64,000 nt of DNA, from assembly GCA_030840675.1 (NCBI GenBank), contig JAVEEA010000072.1, positions 3,938-67,937 on the forward strand, written 5' to 3'. The position numbers were made by a program, and so were the translations under genes. The notes under the pieces are model-generated. The model saw nothing but the letters and a program-made list of their open reading frames with translations. It was not told where the DNA came from and made no database searches. This DNA is from Pyrinomonadaceae bacterium (GTDB lineage Bacteria > Acidobacteriota > Blastocatellia > Pyrinomonadales > Pyrinomonadaceae). Each line of letters opens with the position of its first letter. The first letter of the stretch is position 1. Positions 63,475-64,000 of this stretch are shown here, one piece after another.

Positions 63475-64000
63475 TTACGACTTGCTTGGTTTAGGCCGCG
63501 AGTTTGAACGTTTTCGTTGTGACAATGAGCTGCTTAAGAGTTCCAGCCTGATTTTCGCGCGTCGAGTTGGCGACTCTATTGAGGTTATCGCACCGAGAAA
63601 TGCAAACTGGTCAGTTTCGAGCAGTGAGAGGGGAAGATCATAGGTTGACTGAGTATTGGCCAGCTCGCTCTTCCCCAGCTCGCTAAGATTCTTGTCTGTC
63701 GTTGGCGTAGCTCGTTCGGTGCGATTCAACGCGGCAATCATTTCCTTGAACACCGCAAAAGCGTCTACCGGAAGAAATTTCGCGTAAAGCTTCAAGAGCG
63801 GTAGGTACCACTGCCCCTTCTCAGCGTTGGTCATATCCGCTTTGGGCAACCCTTCGCGGGCCTCCTGAAGCAGTCCTATTATCAAATCGCCATACTTCTG
63901 TGGTGGGGCCTGATATGCCAGTGAGATTTGGCTGGCTACCCGCAGGCCCGCGGGCACTGCTTCGATGATTCTCCGCATGCCGGCAAAATCATCATTCTTG
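63475..64000 (-). CDS. C-terminal part of a third paralogue of helical-repeat family A (runs off window end)
   Basis: The frame stays open upstream of the track's ATG to position 64000. The C-terminus RRAKIRLELLSSSLSQRKRSNSRPKPSKS parallels that of 60154..61998. Confidence 0.6.
   Translation of the reverse strand, partial: KNDDFAGMRRIIEAVPAGLRVASQISLAYQAPPQKYGDLIIGLLQEAREGLPKADMTNAEKGQWYLPLLKLYAKFLPVDAFAVFKEMIAALNRTERATPTTDKNLSELGKSELANTQSTYDLPLSLLETDQFAFLGAITSIESPTRRAKIRLELLSSSLSQRKRSNSRPKPSKS

Noticed and set aside
1-64000. Looked for CRISPR arrays, transposase, integrase or IS ends, reverse transcriptase/DGR next to the fibre-like genes, rRNA and tRNA genes
   Set aside because: I found no regularly spaced direct repeats, no recombinase or RT motifs (e.g. 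YxDD) in any sizeable ORF, and no cloverleaf candidates. Absence is by eye only.

Overview
High-GC bacterial chromosomal window. Gene content (a VWA-type exported protein and several exported helical-repeat proteins) hints at an Acidobacteriota-like host, but this is inference only. All family calls were made by eye from motifs; no searches were run.

- **1-20.2 kb, housekeeping and accessory genes:** a 5'-truncated RND pump plus TolC; a scattered bacillithiol gene set (DinB-family protein, PIG-L/BshB1-like deacetylase, BshA) next to an Nfu Fe-S carrier; SelB; a HI0933-type flavoprotein; VWA and lectin-like exported proteins; YihY; and a Zn-ADH.
- **20.6-47.0 kb, eCIS operon:** a complete, translationally coupled (ATGA/GTGA/TGATG overlaps) extracellular contractile injection system (eCIS, phage-tail-like). 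It encodes a Pvc16_N/DUF4255 cap, two sheath/tube pairs, a LysM tube initiator, a split gpD + gpV spike, PAAR, gp25, two baseplate-J paralogues and a P2-gpI-like protein. These are followed by three tandem paralogous fibre-like proteins, two unknowns and an Afp15-like AAA+ ATPase.
- **47.0-58.2 kb, putative cargo island:** two DUF4157/HExxH proteins and a 1279-aa coiled-coil/TM protein that shares their N-terminal leader motif. It also holds small candidate immunity or accessory genes and an Lgt-family membrane protein.
- **58.2-59.3 kb:** a receiver-less sigma-54 enhancer-binding protein abuts the cargo island.
- **59.3-64 kb:** visibly AT-richer, with paralogous exported helical-repeat proteins, a TlpA-like thioredoxin and a Cys-rich secreted peptide.
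- **Non-coding and sub-threshold observations:** an 8-3-8 palindrome pair repeated at two promoter regions; two promoter-plus-terminator units (candidate leader or sRNA); candidate -24/-12 promoters; and small ORFs below the track threshold.
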